A DNA stretch of 64,000 nucleotides, the filler included, from Stramenopiles sp. TOSAG23-3 (lineage: Eukaryota), in the NCBI GenBank assembly GCA_900128585.1. It is 7 parts of 7 records of this genome, joined end to end, with 100 filler letters (N's around TTAATTAATTAA, not from the genome) between each part and the next. Parts side by side here need not be neighbours in the genome. Positions count along the whole stretch, not along the records: positions 1 to 9,116 come from LT642952.1; 6 more parts are not named here. One strand, 5' to 3'. Below are positions 1 through 9,216 of the stretch, piece by piece. Position 1 is the first letter of the stretch. The number at the start of each line of letters is the position of its first letter. The notes under the pieces were generated by a model. That model searched no databases and was not told the origin of the DNA. It worked only from the letters and a program-made list of their open reading frames with translations. A program made the translations under genes and the position numbers.

Positions 1-365
1 CGTCCACGATTTGAGTTTTACTGAGCTCGAGTTTGTTCACCTTCAGCAACTCCTCACGGAGCTCCGCCATGGTGATGTCTAGATTGAGCAAACCAGTTTT
101 GCTTTGTTTGCATGTCTCCACAAGCTTCTTGATTATAGAACCACGACCATACTGTGGAAACTTTCTGATGAACATCTCCTCACCCTCGCAATGAAAAATC
201 AACATCGCATTAACGAACATCGCATTAAGCAATTTGACCCAACCACCATCACCACGCACAGCAACACCATAAATCGTTGTGCTTTTTGGTAGTGAACGAA
301 GGGGGTGCCCCCCTACGGAATTCGCCAATCGCCAGGACGTAGAGAAACTCGAGCCCCAGTCTAGT
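1..365 (-). CDS. Partial minus-strand reading frame of unknown function, running off the window start
   Basis: Manual translation is open from ~365 to <1: ...TIYGVAVRGDGGWVKLLNAMFVNAMLIFHCEGEEMFIRKFPQYGRGSIIKKLVETCKQSKTGLLNLDITMAELREELLKVNKLELSKTQIVD. Protein-like; start uncertain; no family recognised. Confidence 0.4.
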
Positions 366-506
366 TCTCAGTCAAGCGAACCTATAGATTACGGAACACA
401 GCCAGATGTGGAGATACGTAGTTATGAGGATTATGATTGGGTTCAGGATCGTATGGTAAAATATCGTAGGAATGATAATGATGTATTAGTCATAGTCACG
501 AATTGA
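279..506 (+). pseudogene. Possible orphan C-terminal gene fragment
   Basis: Reads QDVEKLEPQSSSQSSEPIDYGTQPDVEIRSYEDYDWVQDRMVKYRRNDNDVLVIVTN-stop, with no ATG at its 5' end. Followed by the same repeat that follows real stop codons elsewhere. Confidence 0.3.
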
Positions 507-565
507 CCTTACAATTGAGATAATCCTGAGAGTCTTAAAACATACTATATAATTAGTGTTTTTAT

Positions 566-806
566 AAAAACAAAAAATTGGCTGTCATTTAAAGTATCAT
601 ATCATTAATAGTTAAAATTTATCGGTCTTCATAACCTGCGAACTTAATCTCTGCTCCTGAGATTTTACTGAGAAGATCATCAATAAATTAAAAACAAGAA
701 AATTGGCTGTTATTTAAGTAATTAAATTTAGCTTCCTCATACCCTAAATTACCCTTGTCACTTAGTCTTGACTAATCATTTTTCATGTGTACTCCATGGC
801 CATTTT
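566..806 (+). repeat. Dispersed MITE-like repeat, copy 1
   Basis: Contains AAAAACAAGAAAATTGGCTGTTATTTAAGTAATTAAATTTAGCTTCCTC, CTGCGAACTTAATCTCTGCTCCTGAGATTT and CTTGTCACTTAGTC...TTTTCATGTGTACTCCATG, all shared with 30683-30982. Confidence 0.85.
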
Positions 807-891
807 GTAAATATAATATTCCTGAATCATAAATAAGGAAGATTGTCTGACGCGTGCTCAAAATGCCCAGATCCAGATCTTTACGCACAAA

Positions 892-2346
892 ATGAAAAAC
901 ACAACTCAAACAACCAAGAATATGGCTAGCTTAACCGTAAACGACGATGTGCAAGAGCACCCGACGTATACGTTTTATAAAAAGTATTGTTGGACACAAA
1001 TTGCTGCCGATCATGCGGCAAGTGGGCGAATACTAAGAACTATCTACCGTCAATTTGGAAACTGGTGCGTGGAAAAAGGATACAGTATCGGTGACGAAAG
1101 CTTGACAAAAGTGTTTTGGTTTAGACAAATTGTACCTTACTTGTGTTATGAAGACCCATGCGTACTAGTACGGGGAAGGATCGGTACAAAGTACGGTGTA
1201 CACTACGTTAAGATTAACGATACAACCATTTTGAGTTCCAAATCCTCCCATAGCCGCCCCATAGCGTCCTCCCATACTGTACTGTGTAATATCCAAGTCA
1301 AGTTGTTTGATCTTAATCTCATTTCTAGCCGTATTATTACGGTATGGAATTTGTCCGATAGCACTTCGCGGGAGTTGCACGAAACTCCCTGTAACACTGA
1401 TGCCATTGAGGCATTGATAGTGATGAACGAGAATACTGTTGTAAGTCTTGAAGATCCTGACATTCGTATCTGGAACTTGTCTGCTGGCACGTCGCGGGTG
1501 TTAAGTGACGGAGTGGTTCTTGGTGGAAGTGGTGATGAGTATGACGAGGTTCTCGTGAAATTGAACGATATGATGTTTGCTAGTTTTGGCTGCATTAGAA
1601 TTCGTGTGTGGAATTTGAGCAATGACACATGTCGAGAGCTGACGAATGATGTGGGGGGGCTTTTAAAACTTGGGGTTAAAAGAATCAATGAGACAACATT
1701 TTTGACTTTTGCTGAAGATGATCCAATCCGTGTCTGGGATGTAAGAAGCTTTGAGAATCGTGCCTTGCCTCGGCATCATGCTGCTGGTCATCCTCGGTCT
1801 CCTGAAGCCACGGCTGTGGCAGTGTTGAACGACACAACGATTGCTAGCGGGAACGGAAGCAATGGGTTAAGGATATGGGACTTGACCACAGGAGCGTCTC
1901 GGGTATTGGGGGAGGGGCAGTCATATATAGTCGGTGAGAGTTTCAAGGAGTGGGTTATACCGTGGGTCGATAGCCTGGTCAAAGTCGACGAGACCAAGGT
2001 AGTAAGCATTGACGGCAAAAACCTAATTCTATGGGATGTGGCTACTGAGATGATACGAGTTTTGAGTGGGCATACCCTTGAAGTACAGATGGTGGTGACA
2101 ATTAATGAAACTACGATTGTAAGCGGAAGTTTAGATTCAACTATACGGGTGTGGGATTTGACAAACAAAACCTCTAGGGTGCTGAATGGGCACACTGATG
2201 CTGTCTATAGGATTTTGAAACTTAACAAAAGCATGATTGTAAGTTCAAGCGGTAAAACATGGCGTTTGTGGGATTTGACGAAAAACTTTAACCCAGAAGA
2301 TGTAGAAAATCTTGATGACAATGTTGTCGGGCGGTTACGAGATTAG
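892..2346 (+). CDS. WD40-repeat protein with N-terminal RFX/D5-like winged-helix region
   Basis: Multiple WD40 units (LSGHTLEVQMVVTINETTIVSGSLDSTIRVWDL; LNGHTDAV; IRIWNL; LRIWDL). N-terminus has IYRQFGNWCVEKGY...RGRIGTKYGVHYVKI. Confidence 0.85.
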   Translation: MKNTTQTTKNMASLTVNDDVQEHPTYTFYKKYCWTQIAADHAASGRILRTIYRQFGNWCVEKGYSIGDESLTKVFWFRQIVPYLCYEDPCVLVRGRIGTKYGVHYVKINDTTILSSKSSHSRPIASSHTVLCNIQVKLFDLNLISSRIITVWNLSDSTSRELHETPCNTDAIEALIVMNENTVVSLEDPDIRIWNLSAGTSRVLSDGVVLGGSGDEYDEVLVKLNDMMFASFGCIRIRVWNLSNDTCRELTNDVGGLLKLGVKRINETTFLTFAEDDPIRVWDVRSFENRALPRHHAAGHPRSPEATAVAVLNDTTIASGNGSNGLRIWDLTTGASRVLGEGQSYIVGESFKEWVIPWVDSLVKVDETKVVSIDGKNLILWDVATEMIRVLSGHTLEVQMVVTINETTIVSGSLDSTIRVWDLTNKTSRVLNGHTDAVYRILKLNKSMIVSSSGKTWRLWDLTKNFNPEDVENLDDNVVGRLRD

Positions 2347-3224
2347 ATACGAATGTCTGGGGCGCTGAATACGGTTTTTGCCATGACTTTGGCTCTGGGT
2401 TCAAGGAACGGTTAGACCTGGTATCTGTGTCTCAAGGCTATAAAGATGCAAAGAAGATGTTCTCAAACGTTAATTTCACCCACCAAGGCGGGCAACTTTT
2501 CACTTCAAAGAGTAATAGGAACGCCTCAAGGAACGGTTAGAGGGCAAGATTGGATCAGATCACAAAGACTGCGGCTTGGAATGGTTAAAATCAGGGACAA
2601 AAATTCGTGGCCACGAAAATTAATAAACAGCATATATATGTTTTAAAATTTATTTGTGAGTACAAAACTAAATCGTACACCTCTCATATGTCATAGGGTA
2701 AGGATTTCATTAGAGAGACGCGAGGCCGTATCTAGTCTATCTAATCGATCAAGATCAAGAAGGTGAAAAAATATATTATATTATTTATTATATAAATAAA
2801 TTATTTAAAAAAAATATTATCCATCGATGATCGATCATCAAGAAACCAAATTGTGAGCACTGTAAACAGCATACCCAGGTAAATAGTCCACCTACTCCTC
2901 ACCCAACTTCTCTTCTTCTTCAACAACAACAACAAAACTACCGGTACCGGTATTATACCGGCACCCGGCACCTGCCAATAATAATATAATAGTAGAATAA
3001 TAAAATAATATATTTTTAATATAATAATAATAATAACATGGTAATTCGAAAAAATAGTCATACGTCTATATTATTATCAAATGTGAATCAAGAAGTTAGT
3101 CTATGAATCATAAACATCTGTAAAGAAATACACAAAGACAACAAATTTATTAGGAAAGAAAACCATCTTGTTGCATTTCATAATACGTTGTAATTCCCAA
3201 GTGCACATATATGAACACAATATA

Positions 3225-4556
3225 ATGGCACGCCTTTCTTTTTGGTGGTGCTTGTATTTGTCGCTTCTTTCTCCCACTCGCAGCTCCGCCGCGGCGTCCG
3301 CCCCTCCGCGTGTGCCCGTGATGGGATGGTCAACGTGGTGTACGGAGCAGGAGTGCAGTGACTACAGCCAGATGCCCCTGGACTGGTGCAGCAGTCATGA
3401 GGTCTTATCGGTTGCCAGCAGCATGAAAGAAAGCGGTCTTTTGGCTGCGGGGTACGACCACCTTCTTTTGGACGACTGCTGGGGAGTTCGTGATTCTGCA
3501 ACAAACCGAATTACGTGGGTGAAGGAACGGTTCCCGGAGGGCATACCATGGCTTGCAAAACAGGTTCAAGACCTTGGGTTTAAATTTGGGCTGTATACGG
3601 CTGTTGGACAGCATGCGTGCCACTGGAATGCCCCCAGCTGGCCCCGTGCATTGAACTTTACAGGAAGTTGGCCGTTTTACGCCCAAGACGCACAGGACTT
3701 TGTCGACTGGCGCGTGGACTACGTAAAGCTCGACGATTGTGGGCCATGGCACGGAACCCCCCGAGAGCTTGTTACGAATTTTTCTCGCGCGCTTCAGAAG
3801 AGTGCAGACGCAGCAAATTGGACAGTATGGTTAAATCTTGGGGGGCCATTTCAGATCCAAAATGAAGGGGCCGATGAGCTTGCAAAAAATATGAGCTGCC
3901 GAATGCCCGATGGATCTTGGTGCGCGGTCGCAGCCGACTCATTCCGTGTATGGGACGATCACCATGATGACTGGGAATCCACGCACCAAATTATTGCGCA
4001 CGGGCTGGCCGAAGACCGGCGGCCTTGGTACAGTCATCCAGGCTTCGCCGACGCAGACTTTCTGTTCGTGGGAGGGCAGGGGTGCGGGAACCATAGTTTG
4101 CCGGGAAAACGATGCCCTGGACAGACCAGCGTGGAGTACACTTCGTCCTTCTCCATCTGGGCTCTGTTCAGCGGCCAGCTTGTGTTTGCATCGGATCCAC
4201 GAAGCATGAGCGTGGAGATGAGAAAAATACTGCTGAACAAGAAAATCCTTGACGTTGTCCGAAATCACCCCGAGAGTTTGACCGATGCGGTTGCGCTGCG
4301 CCTGGGTAATGAAAAAATAGTGTTTGTACGGCCGCTGCGCTCCCACCGTGCAGCTATGTTGGCACTGTTCAATGGAGCAAGTGTTGAGGGTAGTGTAGCG
4401 GTGCGATGGGATGAAATACCTCAGATGGGATGGGGGGACAGTACGATGCTCCAGACAGAGGACGTGTGGACCGGGAAAATGGGGGAGGAGAAAGGCGGCC
4501 TTTCGGCGTCGGTAGCTCCACACGGGACAGCTGTTGTCTGGGTTAAGGAGACTTGA
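3225..4556 (+). CDS. Glycoside hydrolase family 27 (alpha-galactosidase/alpha-N-acetylgalactosaminidase), secreted or lysosomal
   Basis: Signal peptide; PVMGWSTW, LLLDDCW, GFKFGLY, VDYVKLDDC (nucleophile Asp), FRVWDD (acid/base), FADADFL; C-terminal VAPHGTAV. Start set at ATG 3225. Confidence 0.95.
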   Translation: MARLSFWWCLYLSLLSPTRSSAAASAPPRVPVMGWSTWCTEQECSDYSQMPLDWCSSHEVLSVASSMKESGLLAAGYDHLLLDDCWGVRDSATNRITWVKERFPEGIPWLAKQVQDLGFKFGLYTAVGQHACHWNAPSWPRALNFTGSWPFYAQDAQDFVDWRVDYVKLDDCGPWHGTPRELVTNFSRALQKSADAANWTVWLNLGGPFQIQNEGADELAKNMSCRMPDGSWCAVAADSFRVWDDHHDDWESTHQIIAHGLAEDRRPWYSHPGFADADFLFVGGQGCGNHSLPGKRCPGQTSVEYTSSFSIWALFSGQLVFASDPRSMSVEMRKILLNKKILDVVRNHPESLTDAVALRLGNEKIVFVRPLRSHRAAMLALFNGASVEGSVAVRWDEIPQMGWGDSTMLQTEDVWTGKMGEEKGGLSASVAPHGTAVVWVKET

Positions 4557-4656
4557 ATGAATCGTAATACAATGCATAATTAATTTGTTTTTTTCATATA
4601 TGGCATATCATAGATAAGCTGATGTCCACTGGGGCGCTCCAGTTTTATATAAAGTG

Positions 4657-4680
4657 ATAACAGCCAATTTTCTTGTTTTT
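4657..4680 (-). repeat. Dispersed repeat, copy 2 (terminal module only)
   Basis: Reverse complement of AAAAACAAGAAAATTGGCTGTTAT; AAAGTGATA direct repeats at 4651-4659 and 4681-4689. Confidence 0.75.
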
Positions 4681-4723
4681 AAAGTGATATCATATGTACA
4701 ATACCTAATAAGTTAACATAACT

Positions 4724-5635
4724 TTACAATTTGGGTTGCGCAGCGTACATCAGGCGTTCAATACCGCACTCATTTACGCCTTTTCTAATGTGAAAATACC
4801 CTTCCAGATTCCCCCAAAACCGGCCCCAGCTATTCTGTACAATCCAGTAATCAAACCCGCTTGCGTCATCGTGGCCCCAGCCGATTACTTTCACCGAGTG
4901 CAAGCCTTTGTAAGAACCCTTTTTGTGGGTGTAAACACCGTCTTCATAACTTTCAAAATCAGCGTACACATTAAATGTTGCATCGACAGGCCCCCCATCT
5001 ACAATGCATTTCATGATTTCATTTACATGCGTGGAAGGATTCAAAAGTGAGCCGCAGTGGTTGTAAGATGCAACGTAATAACGCGTGTTGTTGCCCGGTG
5101 CCGTCGAATTGGTGCACTGACCATTGCGGGGGCATTTCTGGGTTTTTCCGTTACCGCTTGTATATGGTACGCAGGCGTCGGAAACAACGCCATTTTTCTT
5201 TATGTACGAGAGTGCCCACTGCGGTAAGCTCCCCATCGTGCAACCAAGATTCAGTTTTTCGCACGCCAACAACTCCCCGGGGGATAAAACGACGTTTATA
5301 CTTCCGTTCGACGCAATACAAAATCGGTCGCTCAATACTTCTGAAGCAGCAAACGCCCAACAAGATCCACACTGGCCTTGGTTTAAAACAGGGTGGACAC
5401 AAAAGGGGTGCTGTTCCCGCCAGTCAAACGCCGTCGGCAAGTTTGCATCCTGCACCAGGGGTGCGTTGTACCATGTATCATTCAAAGGTGGCATACCGAC
5501 CATAATCGGGAATTTAAAGCCGTCATCGATCAACTTCTCCGGTTCCTTCAGGCCCTGCTCGGGGAAACCTACTTCGCCGAAAGAGCCCTTAAAATAGAGG
5601 GAAAGGACAGCGAAACTCGTCAATAACCATCTCAT
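4724..5635 (-). CDS. CTSB: Cathepsin B-like papain (C1A) cysteine protease, short propeptide, no occluding loop
   Basis: LPTAFDWREQHP, QGQCGSCWAF (catalytic Cys), LSDRFCIAS, GLHSVKVIGWG (His), YWIVQNSWG (Asn), GVNECGIE; signal peptide. Confidence 0.93.
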   Translation of the reverse strand: MRWLLTSFAVLSLYFKGSFGEVGFPEQGLKEPEKLIDDGFKFPIMVGMPPLNDTWYNAPLVQDANLPTAFDWREQHPFCVHPVLNQGQCGSCWAFAASEVLSDRFCIASNGSINVVLSPGELLACEKLNLGCTMGSLPQWALSYIKKNGVVSDACVPYTSGNGKTQKCPRNGQCTNSTAPGNNTRYYVASYNHCGSLLNPSTHVNEIMKCIVDGGPVDATFNVYADFESYEDGVYTHKKGSYKGLHSVKVIGWGHDDASGFDYWIVQNSWGRFWGNLEGYFHIRKGVNECGIERLMYAAQPKL

Positions 5636-6420
5636 GACTCTTAAACAACCAAATACAGCTTAAGCTCTATCTTCCTATTACTGTTTATTTTCATTATGAA
5701 ACAATTTTTATTACTTTCTTGAAGAATATCTTCTTCTTTTCGGCGTATTTTTTTCTTCATAATACCAAAAAAAACGTATAGAGAGAGGCGACGACGAGCG
5801 ACGAGCTCTAATAATTATTTACTACTATTTTTAATAGTCCGTTCTATAATAATAATTCTTCTTCTTCTGTCTTTTTTTTTGTTCTTTCTTTCTTCTCTTC
5901 TCCTCTTCTTCTTCTTCTTCTTTTCTGCTTCTCTGCTGCTTGAAGCTTATTATAGAAGAAGAGGCCACTTTAGTACACTGCTGTAATAATATAACTTTTT
6001 TCCAATATTATTCCTTTCCTTTCCTGATACTTAATAATGTACTAAATGAACTTCAATGCGTTTCACCTTTTTTTGTTTAAATAATACATATTGCTTTTAT
6101 ATTATACATACACACACCACCACCACCACACCACTTCTTAACATTATTATTATATTTTATTATTAGAAAAAAATTAAATAAAGGAAGAAGCTATCTTTCT
6201 AAGAAAAACAAATCACTCACATAAGTATGGTCGAAATGATGAGATGGAACAAAAAATTGGTATATGACCAGGTAAAAATACGACGCCTACAAATCGTCAC
6301 CCCTCGTTTCCCTCAGCTCCAATAGTAACTTCGAAGATAGCCCCTCGTTTTTCCTCCTAGAGAATTAGGCAATCTTCGTATCTGTGGCTGAATCGGTTAG
6401 GCAAGGGATTAATTACCCCA

Positions 6421-9116
6421 ATGAGTGATACGAGCGGGCTCCTAAGGGCTTTGAAGAGCCTCTCGAGTTCATTGGAGGCGGAAAGTGTGCCTGGCAAAAG
6501 TAAATATGGGCGGCTTCCCACTGGAGTTGGTTCCTACCGAATGCCGCTGATGCCAGTCAGTAAGACAATGAAACGAAGAAGGCAGCATGCTGCAGCTCCG
6601 CCGCCCATAACGACACCTTTTGAAACAATTGCAGAGGGGCAATCCAAGCCTCATGTGCAAAATAAAAAATACAATAGAATAGAAGAAATTTACAGCCATA
6701 TTGATCTAGTTCGAATGAAATTTCGGCTCATATCTTTTCAACATGTTTCCAAGGATATTCAACCGGAGAAAGACTACCTACACGTACAAGACGGTTTTTC
6801 CATTCGCGATTTGATAAAGCGCGTTGCCCTTTTGCTAAGTTTGAAGACGCGCAACAACGATGCTCATTTCACTTTGGATAGTACTGGTGCAAAAATCATA
6901 AACATAGCGCAGATACTGGGTATGCGGTCTGGAGAAACTATAACGTATTGCGATAAGGGCATGTGCAAGTTGAAATTTATAAATGACACCGAGACGTTGC
7001 CAACGTTTGTGTTTCTCGTCTACGCGTCGTCGCACACAGGCAACGCCCCTGTAACATTGAAGTTGCGCCAAAACATATCGTGGGGCATGTTCATTAACCT
7101 CGTCTTGAAAAAGTTACAGTTGACGGAAACTACGTCCGGTGCAAGGTTTACTCTACTGGCCGACCAATTGAAATGCAACAGAATAGAAGACATAGCAAAG
7201 TTGGCTGGGGGGAGTAAAATCTACGTTCACCAGAACGGTGGTAAACCCCAGTCGTCGCAAACACCAGCCCCGCAAAGTGATGAGAGCAGGATAACGATAA
7301 GTACTTCCAGAGGGAAGCGCTACGAACGTCCCACCCCGCCTCCTAGAACAAAGTCAAGGAAATCAAAAAGTTTCAGAACGAACCAGATGTCTAAGCAAAT
7401 GGGTGAATCTCATGAAATGAGGGCGGAATGGAAGTGCTTGTCCCATATTCTCGTCGTAGGGCCACCAGGATGCAATTACGAGCAGCTTTGTCAGAAATTA
7501 GCCTCGGAAAAAGGATTCATTCACATTTCTTTAATAGACGCTTACAAGAATTATATTTTGCAAAATGAACCAGTCGAAGAAGGGGTATTGTACACGTGTC
7601 ATACAGGACTCTCAAGCATGACTGGAGCAAAGGTGTTTGAACTCTTTAAGATGCAGCTCACGGATGTTGCCCGAGCGCATTTAGAAGCATTAGATAGACC
7701 TTGCCCGACAAATTCTAAACTAGAGAATTTTTTAGCCAGCGAAAGTCGGAAAAATGATCCACATCTCAGTTTCCAAAACCGACTGGTAAAGCTGCGGTAC
7801 ATAGTCACTGGTTTGCCCTTGAACATTGAACAGGCGAAGACATTGTGCCACAAAATAGGTCCTCCCAGCAGGGTGTATTACAATCAGATTTCAAAAATGG
7901 ACGCTACGAAGTTGTTTTCGCGATCACAGGCCCTCCTTGGTATCAATGGAGATTCGGTAGGTCACAACGTAGGTGGGGGGCCCAGTTATAGAAGAAAGAT
8001 CAATTCGCAAGGGTGCATTCACATGTACTACAAACTCATTCAGCCTGTATTGGACCATTTTAAAAAACTGAAAAGTCTTGAAATCGTGCAGGGGTTAGGG
8101 GTTACTTCTGCGGACGATAGCAAAGGCGACACCATAGACAGTCACGCATACAGTTACATTCGCAAGTGCTTGTCCCCCCAACCGTCCACCCTAGAAACAA
8201 AGCCGAAGATTAACTCTTCTATAAAACGCAGTATCGTATTAAAAACAACGGCCAAACCGCTCCCTAAACCCACAATTTCAAACCATGCTGCGAAGGGTTT
8301 GCCGATAAATAATGCAATCGCACCGCCGAGTAAAACTGCGCAAAAGAGCGAAAGTGGGGGCAATCTAGACAATGAAATCCTCCGATGGCTTTCAAGTTTG
8401 AGTATTCCAATCCCAAAGACGATATTGGCATCCACACACACCTGGAAGCGTGAATTAAGCAGTGGGTTTGTAATTTCGCAAATATTTTCGCTCTATTTTC
8501 CAAATGAATTAAACCCCCATTCATTTGCCGTAGGTACAAGGCTTGCGATTAAACGCGATAATTGGTTGCAATTGGGCCGGTTTCTTCACAAGAAAAGAAT
8601 TGGTCTTAGCACAAACGAAATTAGTCGCATAATATCAGGTTCGAAGAATGCGGTGCATGCCATGATGCACAAATTGTATCTATTTTTGAAGGGATATATC
8701 GTTTTCAAAACGGCGCCAAAATTCCACCAGGAAACCCCGGCAATGAACACAGCCAGACCTGAATTATCAGTCCCAGAATCGCAGCACGTGACGCGACGCC
8801 TCAGCTCGATAAACGAAACCTATCCCCTTACACACATGGATCCTGGCCTGGGGGGTTATCTCAACGCTGCCGACAAGCAACGCACAGCGATCGTAGATAG
8901 AAGAAAACTAAGAAATATGAGAAATCCCAAACATCATTATGTTACTCGGGACGGTGATATTAAAGAACGTCGTGGTCGTGCTAAAAAACGGGGCGGCGGC
9001 GGACCTAGAAAAGGTGGCGGTACCCCACGAAAGCCAAGTCCAACGGCACGTCCAATACCACAACATTTAGTTCAACGATACCGAAAGAAACGTTCTTGCG
9101 CGGGATGCCTTGGTCG
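6421..9116 (+). CDS. Ciliary-type multidomain protein: degenerate adenylate-kinase-like domain plus SPEF1/SPATA4-type calponin-homology domain; 3' truncated by contig end
   Basis: ILVVGPPGCNYEQLCQKLASEKGFIHISL and YIVTGLPLNIEQA (AK fold); EILRWLSSL...KRELSSGFVISQIFSLYFP...SFAVGTRLAIKRDNWLQLGRFL (CH_2). Possible extra exon at 6227-6271. Confidence 0.8.
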
Positions 9117-9216
9117 NNNNNNNNNNNNNNNNNNNNNNNNNNNNNNNNNNNNNNNNNNNNTTAATTAATTAANNNNNNNNNNNNNNNNNNNNNNNNNNNN
9201 NNNNNNNNNNNNNNNN
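9117..9216. other. Artificial contig linker N44-TTAATTAATTAA-N44
   Basis: Six-frame stop 12-mer in Ns; identical structure occurs six times. Confidence 0.99.

Noticed and set aside
2801..3061. Short ORFs in AT-rich spacers (also 11304-11712, 24341-24595, 44941-45439, 52296-52514, 55220-55468)
   Set aside because: Translations of microsatellite and low-complexity DNA.
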